Shown piece by piece: positions 20,658-43,744 of a DNA stretch of 64,000 nt (positions are counted from its first letter, which is position 1; every line of letters starts with the position of its first letter). The translations under genes and the position numbers were made by a program. Under the pieces are notes generated by a model that was not told where the DNA came from, did not search any database, and saw only the letters and a program-made list of their open reading frames with translations. Origin of the DNA: Blastocystis sp. Blastoise (Eukaryota > Protista > Bigyra: Opalinata); assembly GCA_039096225.1 (NCBI GenBank), contig JBBPEB010000014.1, positions 1,550,001 to 1,614,000 of the forward strand. The letters are read 5' to 3'.

Positions 20658-21225
20658 TTATTCATCGGAATCATAAGCCTTAGAATGACGAACAATTGTT
20701 CTAGAAGATTTATAATATAGTTATAATATAGTTATAATATAGTTATAATATAGTTATAATATATTTATATAATATTTATAAAACATTTATATAATATTTA
20801 TAATATATTTATATAATATTTATAAAACAATATATAATATTTACAAAACATTTATAAAACATTTATAAAACATTTATATAATATTTATAATCGTATAAAA
20901 TATATATATACCTTCCGATAGCGCCAATCCACTCGTCTTTTGAAGATTCGTTATCTGCAAACATATAATAAGTAGCATTACTGGTAGTAACTTCAAGACA
21001 GTGTCTTTTATTGATCTTTTCATCAGCTGATTTGACAGTCAAACAATCAGCAAGGTCAATACAACCATGAGGATCATCTTGAGGGGATTTTGAAAAATAT
21101 AATTTGTCTCCTACAAGAGTAAAATAACGCATTCTCCAATCTTTCAACCATACACTTCTCTTAGTCAACCAACCAGAAAAATCAACTTTTTTACCTTTAA
21201 TACTCTTTGACTTATCAGCAGGCAT
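20658..21225 (-). CDS. Small PH-domain-only protein (2 exons)
   Basis: GWLTKRSVWLKDWRMRYFTL...LYFSK...PHGCIDLADCLTVKSADEKINK...ADNESSKDEWIGAIGR|TIVRHS. Confidence 0.92.
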
Positions 21226-22155
21226 TCTATATATCGTGAATACGTGAATAAATCAATTTTCAGAAGACATATATACCTATATGCGACAAAATAATAGAAA
21301 TTAAATAATATTACTTTTCTAAATATTTCTAATATAAGAGAGTATATAATTGTTTTGGGCCACTTCATTGGAGTTCTTTTTCGAGTATAAGGTCTCATCA
21401 TGCAAATTCTTTAAATCTCACTATATCAATATAATTATCCGTGGGATTCCCATTTTTTTGAAAAAACAGAATTGGATAAAAAGATAGAATAGATATTATA
21501 TTCGATACAGACCCGATTCATTATTAAATACATTTTTTTGTTTTGTTTTTTATTTTTGTTTTTGTTTGGCTGTATTTTGTTTAAAACATCTACAGTTGTT
21601 TTTTTTAAATATATATGATCAAGATTTGAAAATAAGATCATGAAGAGATGTTTTATATAAAAAGATAACGTTTAATTATTTTTATTTTTGATATTTTTAT
21701 AATATATTTTTGAAACAAAATGATCAATATATCAATTAAACTTTATATTTTGATTTACAAATAGAATACATCATCGTGACGGTGTTTTTCGTGTGTTTAT
21801 AAAAGTACAGTTTTATTTTAATAGAAAAGCATACAGTATTATATAATTATTTAATGCAACAATATAAACAAGTTGGTGAAAGAAGTCCTGTTGTCTTTAC
21901 AAGACTAACATGATAATGAGTCATGATTCGTTCAAGTATACGATTTCCAATATATAAATTATACATAAATATTGATTGAATATGAAATTTAAAAAATAAG
22001 GAGAGCAAACGTTCTATAAAGAAGCAAGAAAGAGAGTTTTTTAAAGATCCATTTCTTTTTTCTTTTTTAGGGAAAGGAAAACTGTATTCTCGTGGAAAAA
22101 AGAATAAGTTTATTTTTTAGATAAAAGTGTCTCTTTTGTTTTACATATTGATACA

Positions 22156-24110
<1,955 letters not shown>

Positions 24111-24517
24111 TTTAAGAATAAATTATTTTTTATAATGAATAATAACTACTATTATTCATTTATTTAATATATATATTAAAAATGTAAATTGATAATCCAT
24201 ATAAACTTGTTTAAAATTATAAATCTTTTCCTTTTTTTATACATTCTTCATCTAATTTTGCATTGTTATTATGTCTATATTTATTTATTTATTTAATTTT
24301 ATTTTGTTCAAAACATGATTATTGACCTTCTTCTATATCTATACTAGATGAAATATAGATATATTCACAATCTTAACTATATAAATCTAACAAAAGCAAA
24401 ATATTCTATAAATTGATTTTTAATCTACATATAACATGAAATAATGCAAATTGTGAAAGTTAATGAAAACAATGTTTTATAAAAAATAATATATATATAT
24501 ATATAAATAAAAAAGAC

Positions 24518-25380
24518 TTAATAAGTTTGACCTTCAGAAGGTTGATTAAGATTTCTACATGATGAAGAACCAATCTATATATATATAATAATAATAGTAT
24601 ATAATATATATATTATTATGTTATTTAAATAAAAATATATATATTATAAACAAAAATATATATATTATAAACAAAAATATATATATTATAAATAAAAATA
24701 TATATATTATAAACAAAAATATATATATTATAAATAAAAACATATATATTCTATAAATAAAAAATTATATACCTTAGAATAGATTTCTAATAATACTTTT
24801 TCAATAGTATAATCACAATTCCAATTCTTAAGTGTATCTAAGCCTGAAGGAATAACCTTTAGAAAATATATATTTATGTTTATAAAGAATTCTTAAAATA
24901 TATAATTTTATAAATTAATATACTTCTCCTCTAGAATTTACGAAAGGTAAATTAACTTTAGATACAAATGTAAACTTAGGAGGCTCATTAGGATAGTTAT
25001 CACTACAAAAAGCCTTTAGCTTAAGCATATAATAGAATCTGGTCTATATATATATCGTCAATAAGATAAAATTAAAATATAAGAGCGCGTTTGAATAAAT
25101 ATAAAACACAAATCAATTAAACATACTCCAGGAATAGGATTAATAGTGCATTCCCAATTGTGTAAATATCTATCGCTAAGATCTGGAAGTCCCCAAGAAA
25201 CTTGAGATACAGGTTTACTATACATTATTTGTAATGATAAGAAACAATATGTAGATTCAATTCAAAAAAGAGATATAAGATATGTAGCACTTACTTTTCC
25301 GGAGGATGTTCACTTTCGTGTAATTCGTTGAGTAACTTAAAATTACGAGGAACTATAATCTTATCAGTATTAATACTCAT
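24518..25380 (-). CDS. MMS2: Ubiquitin-conjugating enzyme variant MMS2/UEV1 (5 exons; missed by the ORF track)
   Basis: IVPRNFKLLNEL...VSWGL..LSD..LHNWECTI..IPGT....LKAFCSDNYPNEPP.FTFVSKVNLPFVN...LKNWN..YTIEKVL...LNQPSEGQTY*; no catalytic Cys. Confidence 0.92.
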
Positions 25381-26553
25381 ATTTTATATTCAATAAAAAG
25401 AATGTGAAGAAGCAGTTAGATAACAAAAACTATATACAGTTTTTTCTTAAATTATTTTGTCATTCTATATTTGGTATTTTTACTACGTATACTTTCTAGT
25501 AAAAGATATAGATTTATAATATAAAAACAAAAGGTAGTTAATACATGTATAACAAAAAATGTTTTTCATATTATATATAGTTTGACACATTTACTAAATT
25601 ATTATTGTTTTTACTTACGCAACATATATGTAATTCATAAATTACGATGATAAATATATTAAATGTTTTAAGACACATATTGAGTATTAAAACAGTAGTA
25701 GTTGTGAAAAAACTAAAATTTTGATGTCATGTTTTTATCCTATAGTCAATTGAATATACATATAAATGATAGTTAGATGCAACAGAACACATTTCATTCA
25801 ATACTTTAACAAATAAAATGATAAATTCAATAACTCATCTTTACAAAGAAGGTATAAAGTAATCATTATTAGGTGATATAATAATTGAATGTATATAAGA
25901 GAGTTTTAGAATTTGAATGATACTATATACATGAAAATAGAAAAATAGTTATAAATGTCACTATTTTTTAGTTTTCTTTCAACGTTAAGCAAATAAACAG
26001 AAAGTTTCAAATCATATTAACATAATAAATAAATGACAAACACATCGATAACAAGAATGAATACCGAAAAACATCCAAATCAATCAACCATTAAATGGAG
26101 GAAGTCTAGAATAAAAAATCTTTCTATAGAGCCGTTTTGATGAGATACCAAGTTGACTGATTATATTTGTTTCTGCCGTATATAAAACTCGATTTCCGTG
26201 AATAGTTCACCGAGGAAACAATAAACAGCATCACCACACAATTGACGATGAGATAATTGGTGGCTATCAAATTGTGTTTCCAATAATTGTGAGTTGATTG
26301 GATTAAGAATATAAAGTCACCATAAAATAAGTGGAGACAAAATGAAGTTTTTTTCCCTCATTCCACCATTAGAAATAATCTAGATTAATAATAAATTTCT
26401 AGAAAGATATTTATAAATAACCATTAAAATAAGAAAATAATAGAAAATATATCAAATGAATGGAGCTAGTAGGCAGATCCAATAATGCCATTCATCGACT
26501 CTATTGATTCTGTTTTTTTTTCTATTTGTTTCTAAATACAAAGATTAATCACT

Positions 26554-27626
26554 ATGGAAGATTCTCTTATAGAATTTCAATATCAAGACCAAGTTGAGAA
26601 AGTATATGTTACAAAGAATATGGACGTAGAATCTTTGAAACAAACTTTATATGCTGGATTTCAAATTGATAACTCGTTAGCTTTATCATTCTCTAATGAA
26701 AATGAGGAAAAAACATATTCTTTAAAATCCATTACTGAAGACCCTCTCCAATTTGAACATGACAAGTTATATATTCGCACATCTAGTATGTTTTGTTTAT
26801 TTTTTATATTTCTTTAGCTATCTTTTCATTTGATATATCAGAATCTAAATAATAAATCTATAGAAATTGAAAAACAGCAAATTCAAATTCAACAAGATTC
26901 TAATAAAGGAAAAAGAGTATGTCTATATATATCTAAATTCATAGTTTTTAAATAATATAATGAATTTTAAATTGTTGATTCCTAATGATTGTTATATTTC
27001 TATAGAGTCAAATTCAGAATTATTTAGTTTCTTTACAAAAATCTAAGAAATTATCTTCTTATTACCATTTGATTCTCCTGGTTCATTCTTTTCAGAATAT
27101 AGAGACATTTGAAGATATTATTAATTCCCAGAAAGGCAATGAAGAAGAATCGATTCGTCTTTTAAAAGAAAAGGCATCAAAACTTTCTGAAGCTCCTGAA
27201 ATGAAATACAATGTACTTCGATTAATTAATTTTCAAATTCATGAAAAGAAAATCATTGATGATATTCAATATAACATATTTAGTAAATTAATTGATGAAA
27301 AAAATCAAGATTTATATAATTATATTATCGAGTTTGAAGTATATATATATGTTATTATTATATTATATTGTATTTTTTTTTTATTTATTTTTTATTTTAT
27401 TTAGTTTTTCCTTTATAATATTTTATGGTATTAGTTTATAATTACTTATTTTTATATTATAGAAAAATGATGATTATAAAGATATTATTAAGAAGATATA
27501 TGCATCTATATTATCTATTCAATGTCAACAACAACAATCTCAATTAAATCTTAAATTTCAAAATTTATTATCTAGATCTCTTTCTTTTACACATATGAAT
27601 ATTCCTTGTCAACAATTCTCTTGCCA

Positions 27627-27682
<56 letters not shown>

Positions 27683-27688
27683 TTTCAG

Positions 27689-27721
<33 letters not shown>

Positions 27722-29775
27722 CTATTCCTTCAACACAAATACCTCTTAATGATTCTATTTCTACTAAAGATCCAAATAGTGTGCCTTCTGTTATTAGCTC
27801 TGAGAATACTATTCCTAATCCGTTAAATACGAATTCTGTTGATTTCTGTCCAATTGATTTTGTTATGTATCCTTCTCCTTCAAAATCAACATTATTTACA
27901 AAGAGAACATTAATTCAAGATTCTGTATATATATTATCTACTTCATTATTTGGTATTATTAATCGTGATGATGCTCTTATTTTATATACTGAATTATATA
28001 ATCAAAATATAATAACGAAATTTACAATTGATCTTTGTCGAGGTACTCGTGAAACTGATTTATTAAAAATATACTTAAAACGTTCTTGTCCTGATTTGAT
28101 GGCTCCTTCTCCCGTGGTTATTAAGGAAAATGAATTAGAACAATCAACGAAAGGTATTAATATTATAACACAAGAATATGAATATAAATATATAATGAGA
28201 TGGAGAGAAGACTTATATAAACGTCAAGTGATTACTGAAGATGAATATAATTATTTATTATTATTAATTGACACTCATTGTGTTCTTTGTCATTATTTAA
28301 TTAATATGTATAGAATTTATGGTGAAACTGAATTCTTAGGTATTTTAGAATATAGTATTAATATTTATATAAGCTTAAAAGATCTGAATAGACCTGAATC
28401 AAGAGAATTTTGTTTTCAAGAGAAAATTCATGAATTATGTAATAAGAATTTAATAAGTGAGAATGATAGCAATTTATTAATAACAATATATAGTAGTTAT
28501 AAGAGTTTACAAGCAGCTTGGGAGTTATTTGAAGAGAGTAACGATGAAAAAGAATTTATAGATACGTTAAATCATATATGTAAAGTAAATATAAAGAGTA
28601 TAAATGAAGGTATTATTCGTAGTCATTTATTTATGTTAATTAATACATTATTATCAGAGCGTCTTATTGATATTGAAACTGCTTTTGAATATAAGAAATT
28701 ATGTATGATTCCTTCAAAACCTTTATTTGGTATTTATAATATGTATTTAAGTGGTAAGTCTTACGAAGCTATTGTAGAGAGATTTAATAAGATATTAAAT
28801 ATTATGAATAAGATAGAAAATGATGAGAATAAGAAAGAAGAAGAAGAGAATCATAATAATATATGTAAGAATAAAACTAAAGAAATAAGAGAAGATACTG
28901 TTTCTGAAGTTATTGAAGAAGAAGAAGAAGAAGAAAATGATAACGATAATAATAAAAATGAGTTTGATAAAGAAATTCAAGATATTATTAGTCAAGAACA
29001 TGTTATTATTCAAGCTTTATATTCCAATAAACAGAAAGATTTCATGACCATTGTATGTTGTTTTTATTTTTGTTTTTTATTTTTTTAGTTATGTTTTTCT
29101 TTATTTATTATTATTTTTTTATTTATTTTATCATTATTATTATTATTATTATTATTATATTTATTATATTTATTATTATTATTATTATTATTATAAATAT
29201 AGATTGAAGACTATCGTAATATACATGATAAGAATCAGTTATTGAAATATTTTAACGAGTATATAGATATGTATCTGTCTATATATGATTGTTATTCTAC
29301 TCATAAAGACACTCAAGCTTATTATTTGAAACAAGAAGAAATACAAGCGATTATTGAATTATTACATCTTTCAAATAAAGTATATATTATTATTATTATT
29401 ATATTGTATATTATATATCATTCTATTTATATATTATTATTATTATTATTATCTACTATTCCATAGATATCTGACGATGATACTTCATTCTTATATTGTC
29501 TTTTAAAACACAATAATTCTTGTTTATTTGGATTAATTGATGAATATATATGTTGCAAGAATATATTCTATTTTAATTTCTATATACATAATTATATTGA
29601 AGATGAAAAGCGTGGTGTAACGAGTATGTATATCGATGCTGAATATACAGATAGTGAAGATGATGATGATGAAGAAGAATATGATGATGATGATGAAGAA
29701 GAAGAAGAAGAAGAATATGATAATAATGATAATAATGATAATAACAATAATAATACTTCTATTAATAAACAATAA
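26554..29775 (+). CDS. Uncharacterised protein: PB1/ubiquitin-like N-terminus, helical repeats, acidic tail
   Basis: Exons join by GT-AG, including the 497-aa ORF 27595-29088. Family not recognised. Confidence 0.7.
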
Positions 29776-30797
29776 TAATAGTATAAATCATTATATATCT
29801 ATATATATGTTTATTATTCTTTCATTGATTTGTTTTTGTTCTATTTTATATATTATTTATAAATACAAAAGATATAATTTTTGTTTATTATATACATCTG
29901 TATTTATTTTATCTTATTGTGTGTTATTCTGTTTTTCTTTTAAGAATAGATTTATGTTATAATTCTTTCTACTTTTCTTATCTGTTTTGCTTCTTTTTCT
30001 TTTCTTCTTTTGTTGTTATTGTTCTTATAAGTCTTCTTTAATTACATCTCAAATATCATTATTTTTGTATTTATTATTTATATTTTTTTATTCTTTAGTT
30101 TTTTTATTTGTTGTCTTGTTTTTCCTCTCTATTTTTATATATTAATTTTATTCTCTTTATATATATATATTTTATGCATATAATTATCTTACAAATAATG
30201 ATTCTTTTCTTCACTGTTATGATAGGTTTTATTTATACCTCCTTTTTATGTTATTATTCAATTATATACTATTGTTTTGTTTTGAATATATAATTATTAT
30301 AGCTATATTCTTATATATATATAAAATTATATGTATTGCTTAATTCTAAACTATGTTTCTCTTAAAGATATATAGAATTATTCTATATTGTATCCTATTT
30401 AAAACAAATCTATTAAATAGAAACATTTCATTACTATAAACACTTTAGTTTCCAAATTTCTGTAACGACATAAGTATATATTAAAATTTGTTGTCTTATA
30501 TATAAGAACAAACACATATTTAGGATATAACAATCAATAAGAATATAAAAAGATCTAGAATTATGACTAATATAGAAAAGAATAAATATATATTCAAACT
30601 GATATATCTATAGAAAAATGTATTAAATGAAGAAAAATAAAGACTAAGAATTTTTATACATAATATATATCCACTACAATACTAAAAGAATATTATATAT
30701 ATATGTATAAATAAATACTGAAATCACCTCATTATTATAAAAAATAATGTATAATTATATATTTTTAAATTAAATACTTAAATATATATATTAACAT

Positions 30798-31542
30798 TTA
30801 TAACTTAGATAATGTATTCTTTTTTAATTCTTCTTCATCAATATATATCTCATCTTCATAGGTTTGTTTCACGGGAATTAATATTTCGTAATCAATATCA
30901 ACAATACCCATTGTGGATTCCAGACCAGTTAAGCTTAATGCTGAAATATTACTACGTGTGTGACGTATAATAATATGATCTTCAGTTTTTGGATAATTAA
31001 TAGTTTCAGGAAGTAAAAAGATTATAAATGATGTCGATATAGCAAATATACCCAATATGTATTTATATTAAGAATATATAATATAGATATTAAAAGAAGA
31101 AGAAGAATATTTATTATAGATTTTGTAGAATATATATATATATATAATAGAGGATAAGAAGGATATATAATAAATAAGTCCATAATGAATAGGGAATACA
31201 GGATGATGATTACTCCAACTAAATACACTACTACTAAAGGAAGGAGCCTAAGTATTATTAGAGTTATTAGGAAAGTTATTTATATTTTATTATAATTCTT
31301 TTTTAGTTTATTAGAGTCATTATTATATTTATTATAGTTTATTTATTAGTATATATATCATTATTCATATATATAATTTATATAAATAGGTATATGAAAA
31401 CTATATAGAATACATTCAGAACAATTAATTTAATATATATATATACAATAAATCGTGCAAAAGATCCGATGACATTTGCAAGTCCATTGACGCGTCCTCG
31501 TAAACTTGGAATCACAGAATTAGCTATTAATATATTCACAGA

Positions 31543-31601
<59 letters not shown>

Positions 31602-32696
31602 CACAATAAATTATATACGAGAAACACATAATTCTTAATACATGAACAAGTTGATAAAAGAAAAATGAGCTTGCGAATTGAATCTATATATAAAAATAAG
31701 ATCAAATATATAACATATTATAATATACTATATATAACATATATATATTGATATTAGTATTAATATATTATAATACTATCTATATTCTATATAATATAAA
31801 TATACAGAGAGTTCAGAATAATTAAATAGAGAGTTGAGAGGATAGAGAAGAGATACAATTCCTACAGCGATATCAAATACAAATATAATATTCTTATAAG
31901 ACATAAGTTGAGATAAGAATGGAAAGACTAGTGCTATATATATATGTTTATAGTTATATAACAAGAGTAATAATGTTATATATATATAGTATATAATAGT
32001 ATATAATAGTAAATAATCCATTATAAAGAAAAGTAATGATTTATACTTTATGTTATATATATATATATACGTGTTGCTAAAGCAGTAAGAGGTGCAGTAG
32101 AAGCTGTTAACATGCCTATTTGTTCTTGTGTAAATTCAAATCCAAAAAGAGATCGTGGATTTAACATATATAATGGAAGAAGAGTATCGTGAGATAACTG
32201 AACCAAAGCTAATGTACCTATATATATATATAATATATATGTACTTGAAAATAAAAAAAAATAAACATAATAATTATAATTAATCCATTCATTTCAATAA
32301 ATTATAAATACTTAATAGAATGATAATAATATAGAAATCATTAAAAAAATTATTAATAACAAAATAATATACCAAACATAATAATACAAAGAAGAACATC
32401 TCTTTGTTTTAATAACCATAAATATCCACCTTCCTGTTTCTGTAAATTGAAATATTCCCGTGAAGAGAATGAAGAACGTCCTGATGGAAGCATTGGTGAA
32501 TGAGGAGTATAACTGCGATTCTTTATATATTATAATAATAATAAGTAGTATGATAATTAAAAAAAAATAATAAAAATAATAATAATATTTATATACATAA
32601 GAATTAAGATCTAAAGTTTCAGTCATCCAGAATGCATCCACAATAATATTACATATAATAAGAAAGAGAAGGACAATACAGGCAGGAACAAACGGA

Positions 32697-32740
<44 letters not shown>

Positions 32741-33437
32741 CACAAGTTAATCATAACTACACTATATATTATACTATAAATAATTCTAAAAGATATTAAT
32801 ATAATAATAATATTATGATAGCTCATACTAATCCTAAAAAAGGAATCTCTTCAATAAGTTCGGGAAAGAATTCTTTTGGTTTTGTAATATATCCACCAAT
32901 TATTGGCGCAATAAAATTTGCAAAAGTGACAAAAGACATAAGAATAGCAAATCCTTTTGAAAGTAGTTTTGGAGGACAAATTTCAGCTACCATTGTTTTT
33001 TCGATTGTAAGAAGTCCATCTGAAATACCCCAAAAAAATCTCAATACTAGAGAAAGCCAATAGTTTGTAGAAAAGGAAAATCCAGTTGAGAAAACCATAA
33101 TAAAGAACAAACTTAGAATAGTAGCACGCTTACGACCATACTTATCAGCATACCAGCCCCAAAAGAAACTTCCCATAACGTTTCCAAGAGAAAACATAGA
33201 GATCAAAAATCCAGAATACATACCAATATCAATCATAGGAACCTAGAGAATATGTATGTCATTGTTTACACCCAATTTATATACATCTGGTAAATAGAAT
33301 TTTGTAACAAAAGGAATGATTGGATTAAATAGACTGATACAAAAGCCACAAGTAAAAAAAGACAGACATATAGCAACCATATTTTTGAAGGGGAGTGACT
33401 CCTCCTTTTCAGGACTTCCTATTAAAGGTTTTTCCAT
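30798..33437 (-). CDS. MFS transporter (ZIFL/DHA1-like)
   Basis: GMYSGFLIS..SLG....SFFWGWYADKYGRK, RFFWGISDG, APIIGGY, RGRVNGLANVIGSFARFIAP, LPETIN. Confidence 0.9.
31059..31166 (-). other. U12-type AT-AC intron in the MFS gene
   Basis: Donor ATATCCTT (full U12 consensus), branch-like TTCTTAAT just upstream of the AC acceptor. Removal gives GLIYY|ILGIF; read-through hits a stop. Confidence 0.85.
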
Positions 33438-33969
33438 TTATACTTTTTTAAATAAAGAATAAAAATCAAAATTTAAACAATGTTGATGATAATTATATTT
33501 ATTTCTCTAAAAAGAACACTATACTTTTATAATTGGTTAATTTTCGATAAATAAGCTTCTGAAATCCATAAAACCATGAAAATTGTATTCATTATTTAAT
33601 TGGAGGAATGTGACACATTCTTTTTTATTACCATCAATTTTCTACAGATTAAACACAAAAAATGAATGTTGTAATGAACAAAAGAGAAAAAACACTATTT
33701 TCTTATATCCACTTAGAAACGAAAATTCGAAACAATATTTACTTCAGTTTCTCGTGTTGATTCCCTGTATTTTCTCTTTTATACTTTTATCTCTTGATTT
33801 CAACACATACACTTTTATTTTTATTTCCTATTTTGTGTGCATAAATAAAAGATAATATTTAAATATGTTGTAAAAAAAATATAACTTGAATTAGACAAAA
33901 TGAGAATAGTTGATGTGAATATCTTTATTTTATATAAGAAACGAATACATTTTAGTATTGAAAGTTTAA

Positions 33970-34075
<106 letters not shown>

Positions 34076-34474
34076 CTACATATATATGTTTATATATATA
34101 AAGAAAACTATTTTCGATATTGTCTTAAAGTATATAATTTCTTAAAATGAGAAACAGTAACTGTTGTTTGTTATTTCTTTAATAATTTCTTCATAGATTC
34201 TAATTTTTAAATGAATGTTTTGTTGGTAAAGTAATTAGAAAGATAGAAAACAAAAAACTATAATATTAAAAATATAAAAAAATGCAAACAGTGTTTTTAT
34301 TGACAAAAATGAATTGTCAAACAATACTAATAAATAAATATATATATATATATATATATATAAACTAAATCTATAGGAATAACATAAATGTATATATGTA
34401 TATATATACATTTATAGAAAAGTGTAAATCTATTATTATGATTATAGAAGGAAAAAGGAAAGCAAAAAAGTAGA

Positions 34475-36526
34475 TTAAGGAGAAATTTGATACATATCTA
34501 GAATATTTTGAATAGAAGTGAAATTAACATATAAGTTATATTCATCTTTTGAATAAGAAAATATACAATCAGCTAATATTGAATGATATAGAAGATCTAG
34601 TAAATGACTTTGTATATAATATAAGAATAAAGATTGATTTGAAGAACTCATCATTTCTTCATTATCATACAAGAATTCAATAATAACACTTCCAGGTCGC
34701 ATATAGAGAAGATTCGATAATAGAGAATCATGAGGAGAAATAACAATTGAAACAGTATTCCAAAACTTAATTAGAGAATCAACTGTAGAATATTGAGTTT
34801 CATCATAGACTACTAAAGAATAAGAAGTATTTTGATAATAACTATATAAATTTTGAATAATATCCTCTTCATTTAACACTTTCCCACTTCCTTTTCTTAT
34901 ATTTAATGTTCGTGATATATAGACTACTTTATTAGCTATAGGTAATTTGGTTTTAATAGCATGAGGTACTTTTAATAATCGCTGAGCACGTTTCCATAAA
35001 AGAGGATGAAAAGAAGGAGTAGCACAAGGTATAAATGCATTTTCTAAATATAAATAATGATCTCTTTTTGAAGATAAAGGTACTAATTGAGAACGACTTA
35101 TTCCTAATCGCTCATACATTTGAATTACTAACGGATCATAATTCTCTCGAATATCTACTATATATTTTAGAGTAGGCCAATTTAAGAAATATTCCATTTG
35201 AACTAATTTTGGTAATATACTATCAATAAATACAGAATACATATACCCTCCAGGAATACGTAAATATACATAAGTACCTATAAATAATTTAGAAGAAATA
35301 AAAGAAGGAGGAATAGGTATAGGATATGTAGAATTCCAATTACATTCATAATTATGAGGTATTTTCACATGAAAATTAAAATATAGACGACCTTGTGTAT
35401 ACATAGAAGAACAGAATCCTAGATGAAGAGATGGAGATTGACAATAACCACGAATATTACAATTAACTAAAGAATATTCATTACCATATACATAATGATC
35501 ATAATATAAAGGATCTTCACGACATGTAGAATATGAGTTTTGCAACATAAATTTATAATAATCAGAATTCATAAATTTTCTTGAATGTTCAGAATTATCA
35601 ATATTTAATGGAGGTAATAAATAAAAACTATTATATTTATAATATAAAACAGTAGCTGCATGAGTTACTTGTTTATCTGTTTTATTTAATGACTTTATAG
35701 ATTTTGTATAGAAAGAGAAATGATCTGAAATCGGATAAATAAATGTTTCGCAATGATGAATATCGAAAGAATCTTCTAACGGTAACGGTATTAATTTCTG
35801 AGAAGTAAATAAAAGAAAATCACTTTCTTTATATATATAATGAGGTGTATATGATTGATTATTTATATGAAAATGACAACCAGTTGAAGTATTTTTCAAA
35901 TGATGTTGAGATGACAGTTTATTTGAACAAATAGATTTAAAACCACGTAACTTATCAACTACAGTTTTATTCTTTATAGCTAACAATAACTCATAATAAT
36001 TCTTTGAAGTTTCATCAATATAATCTTCAACTATAATATCACGAACAACCTTTTTGGATTTCTTTGCAAATAACTGACCAATATATCGTAACTAAACATA
36101 AAGATTAGTTAGTTAAAAAATAAATAATATAATAATTTATATATTATAATAAATAAAGCAACAAAAATAAATATCTCAAAAAATATTTAGAATTATATAT
36201 TGAAATATACAGGTGAAACAGAAAAACTTATATCTTTTTCATTTACTCGACTGTCTACGTGGATTACTAAAATTATATTATCATTTAGAATGAAATAAAT
36301 TATATACATTCAGATAAATCATCATCAACAATAAATTTAGAATCTATATAACAATGAGAAATATATGTATATTTGAATGATTACTCTCAACTAGTTTTGT
36401 TTGCTCTATTTGTGAATGTTGATGAATGAAAATGCACCCGACGACAATAAAGCATATCCATATCAATGGTAATCCAATAGTAATACATCTCCAAAATGGA
36501 TTACGAATCAACTGACGATAATTCAT
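34475..36526 (-). CDS. Type II membrane glycosyltransferase family 61 (DUF563)-like protein
   Basis: N-terminal transmembrane anchor; KVVYISR...KVLNEEDI...IVISPHDSLLSNLLYMRPGSVIIE resembles the GT61 HGAGLTN..F..PG..VIE motif. Confidence 0.8.
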
Positions 36527-36612
36527 CTTAAAATTCCTAACTAAATTATCAAAAGAAAAAACTCATGTTTCAAAAATACAAAAGTATTTTTTGAAATCAA
36601 ATTACTAAAGTG

Positions 36613-38283
<1,671 letters not shown>

Positions 38284-38471
38284 GATAGTCGATTACAAAT
38301 CATCTGTTTTCTATCATTTTCTCCTTTTCTTTATTTTTTGTATTTTTCATATTCAACATTACTTTCTGTTCTAAAAATTAATATAATCTCCACAGTTATT
38401 CGTTTTGTTGTTAAAGTTAAAGAATATTATTTTATTATGGACTAAGAAAATAAAAAAAGTAAAAAAAGAAT

Positions 38472-38560
38472 TCCGAGCTGCCGGAATCGAACCAGCGACC
38501 CTTAGATTGCTGCAATGCAGCCACTACAGTCTAACGCTCTTCCAACTGAGCTAAGCTCGG
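38472..38560 (-). tRNA. tRNA-Tyr(GTA) with 16-nt intron (38508-38523)
   Basis: CCGAGCT acceptor stem, TAGCTCAGTTGG A-box, TTAGA-CTGTAG-intron-A-TCTAA anticodon arm, GGTTCGATTCC B-box, downstream T-run terminator. Confidence 0.96.
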
Positions 38561-39104
38561 TACTGAAATTAACTTTCTTTGTCTATTACATAAGAATTTA
38601 TATTATTTATTCTTTTATTTCATTCAAAAACTATTTTGATTGATACTGTAGTATTCGTTTAATTATTTTTATAAATTGAGTGAAATAGGATAGATGTAGA
38701 TAAATTTGAACAATATATATTATTATTTTATCATATTACACGTTTATTTTCTAATGATGTAAATTTTGACACTGTTTATTAGTAATAATAATATATTACA
38801 ATGTTTGAGAATTCAGGAAAAACAATTATAAGTTTGAATAATGACCGAACAAAATGATCACACAATAATTTGAAGAGAAAACAAAACACATGTACATTTT
38901 TATCAAGAATTAAAGATAAGACATGAAGTTTAAAAAGATAGATACCCTTTAATTCATAAAAAGTGAACAAAGAAAAAAGACGCAATAAAAAAAAGGTTAA
39001 AGAATCAAATAGCCAATTATATTAATAGAGTAAGAGTACAAATTGAATATAAATAAAGAAACTGATTCCAAGTTTTATATACTATTTATATAACATTTAA
39101 GTAA

Positions 39105-43744
<4,640 letters not shown>

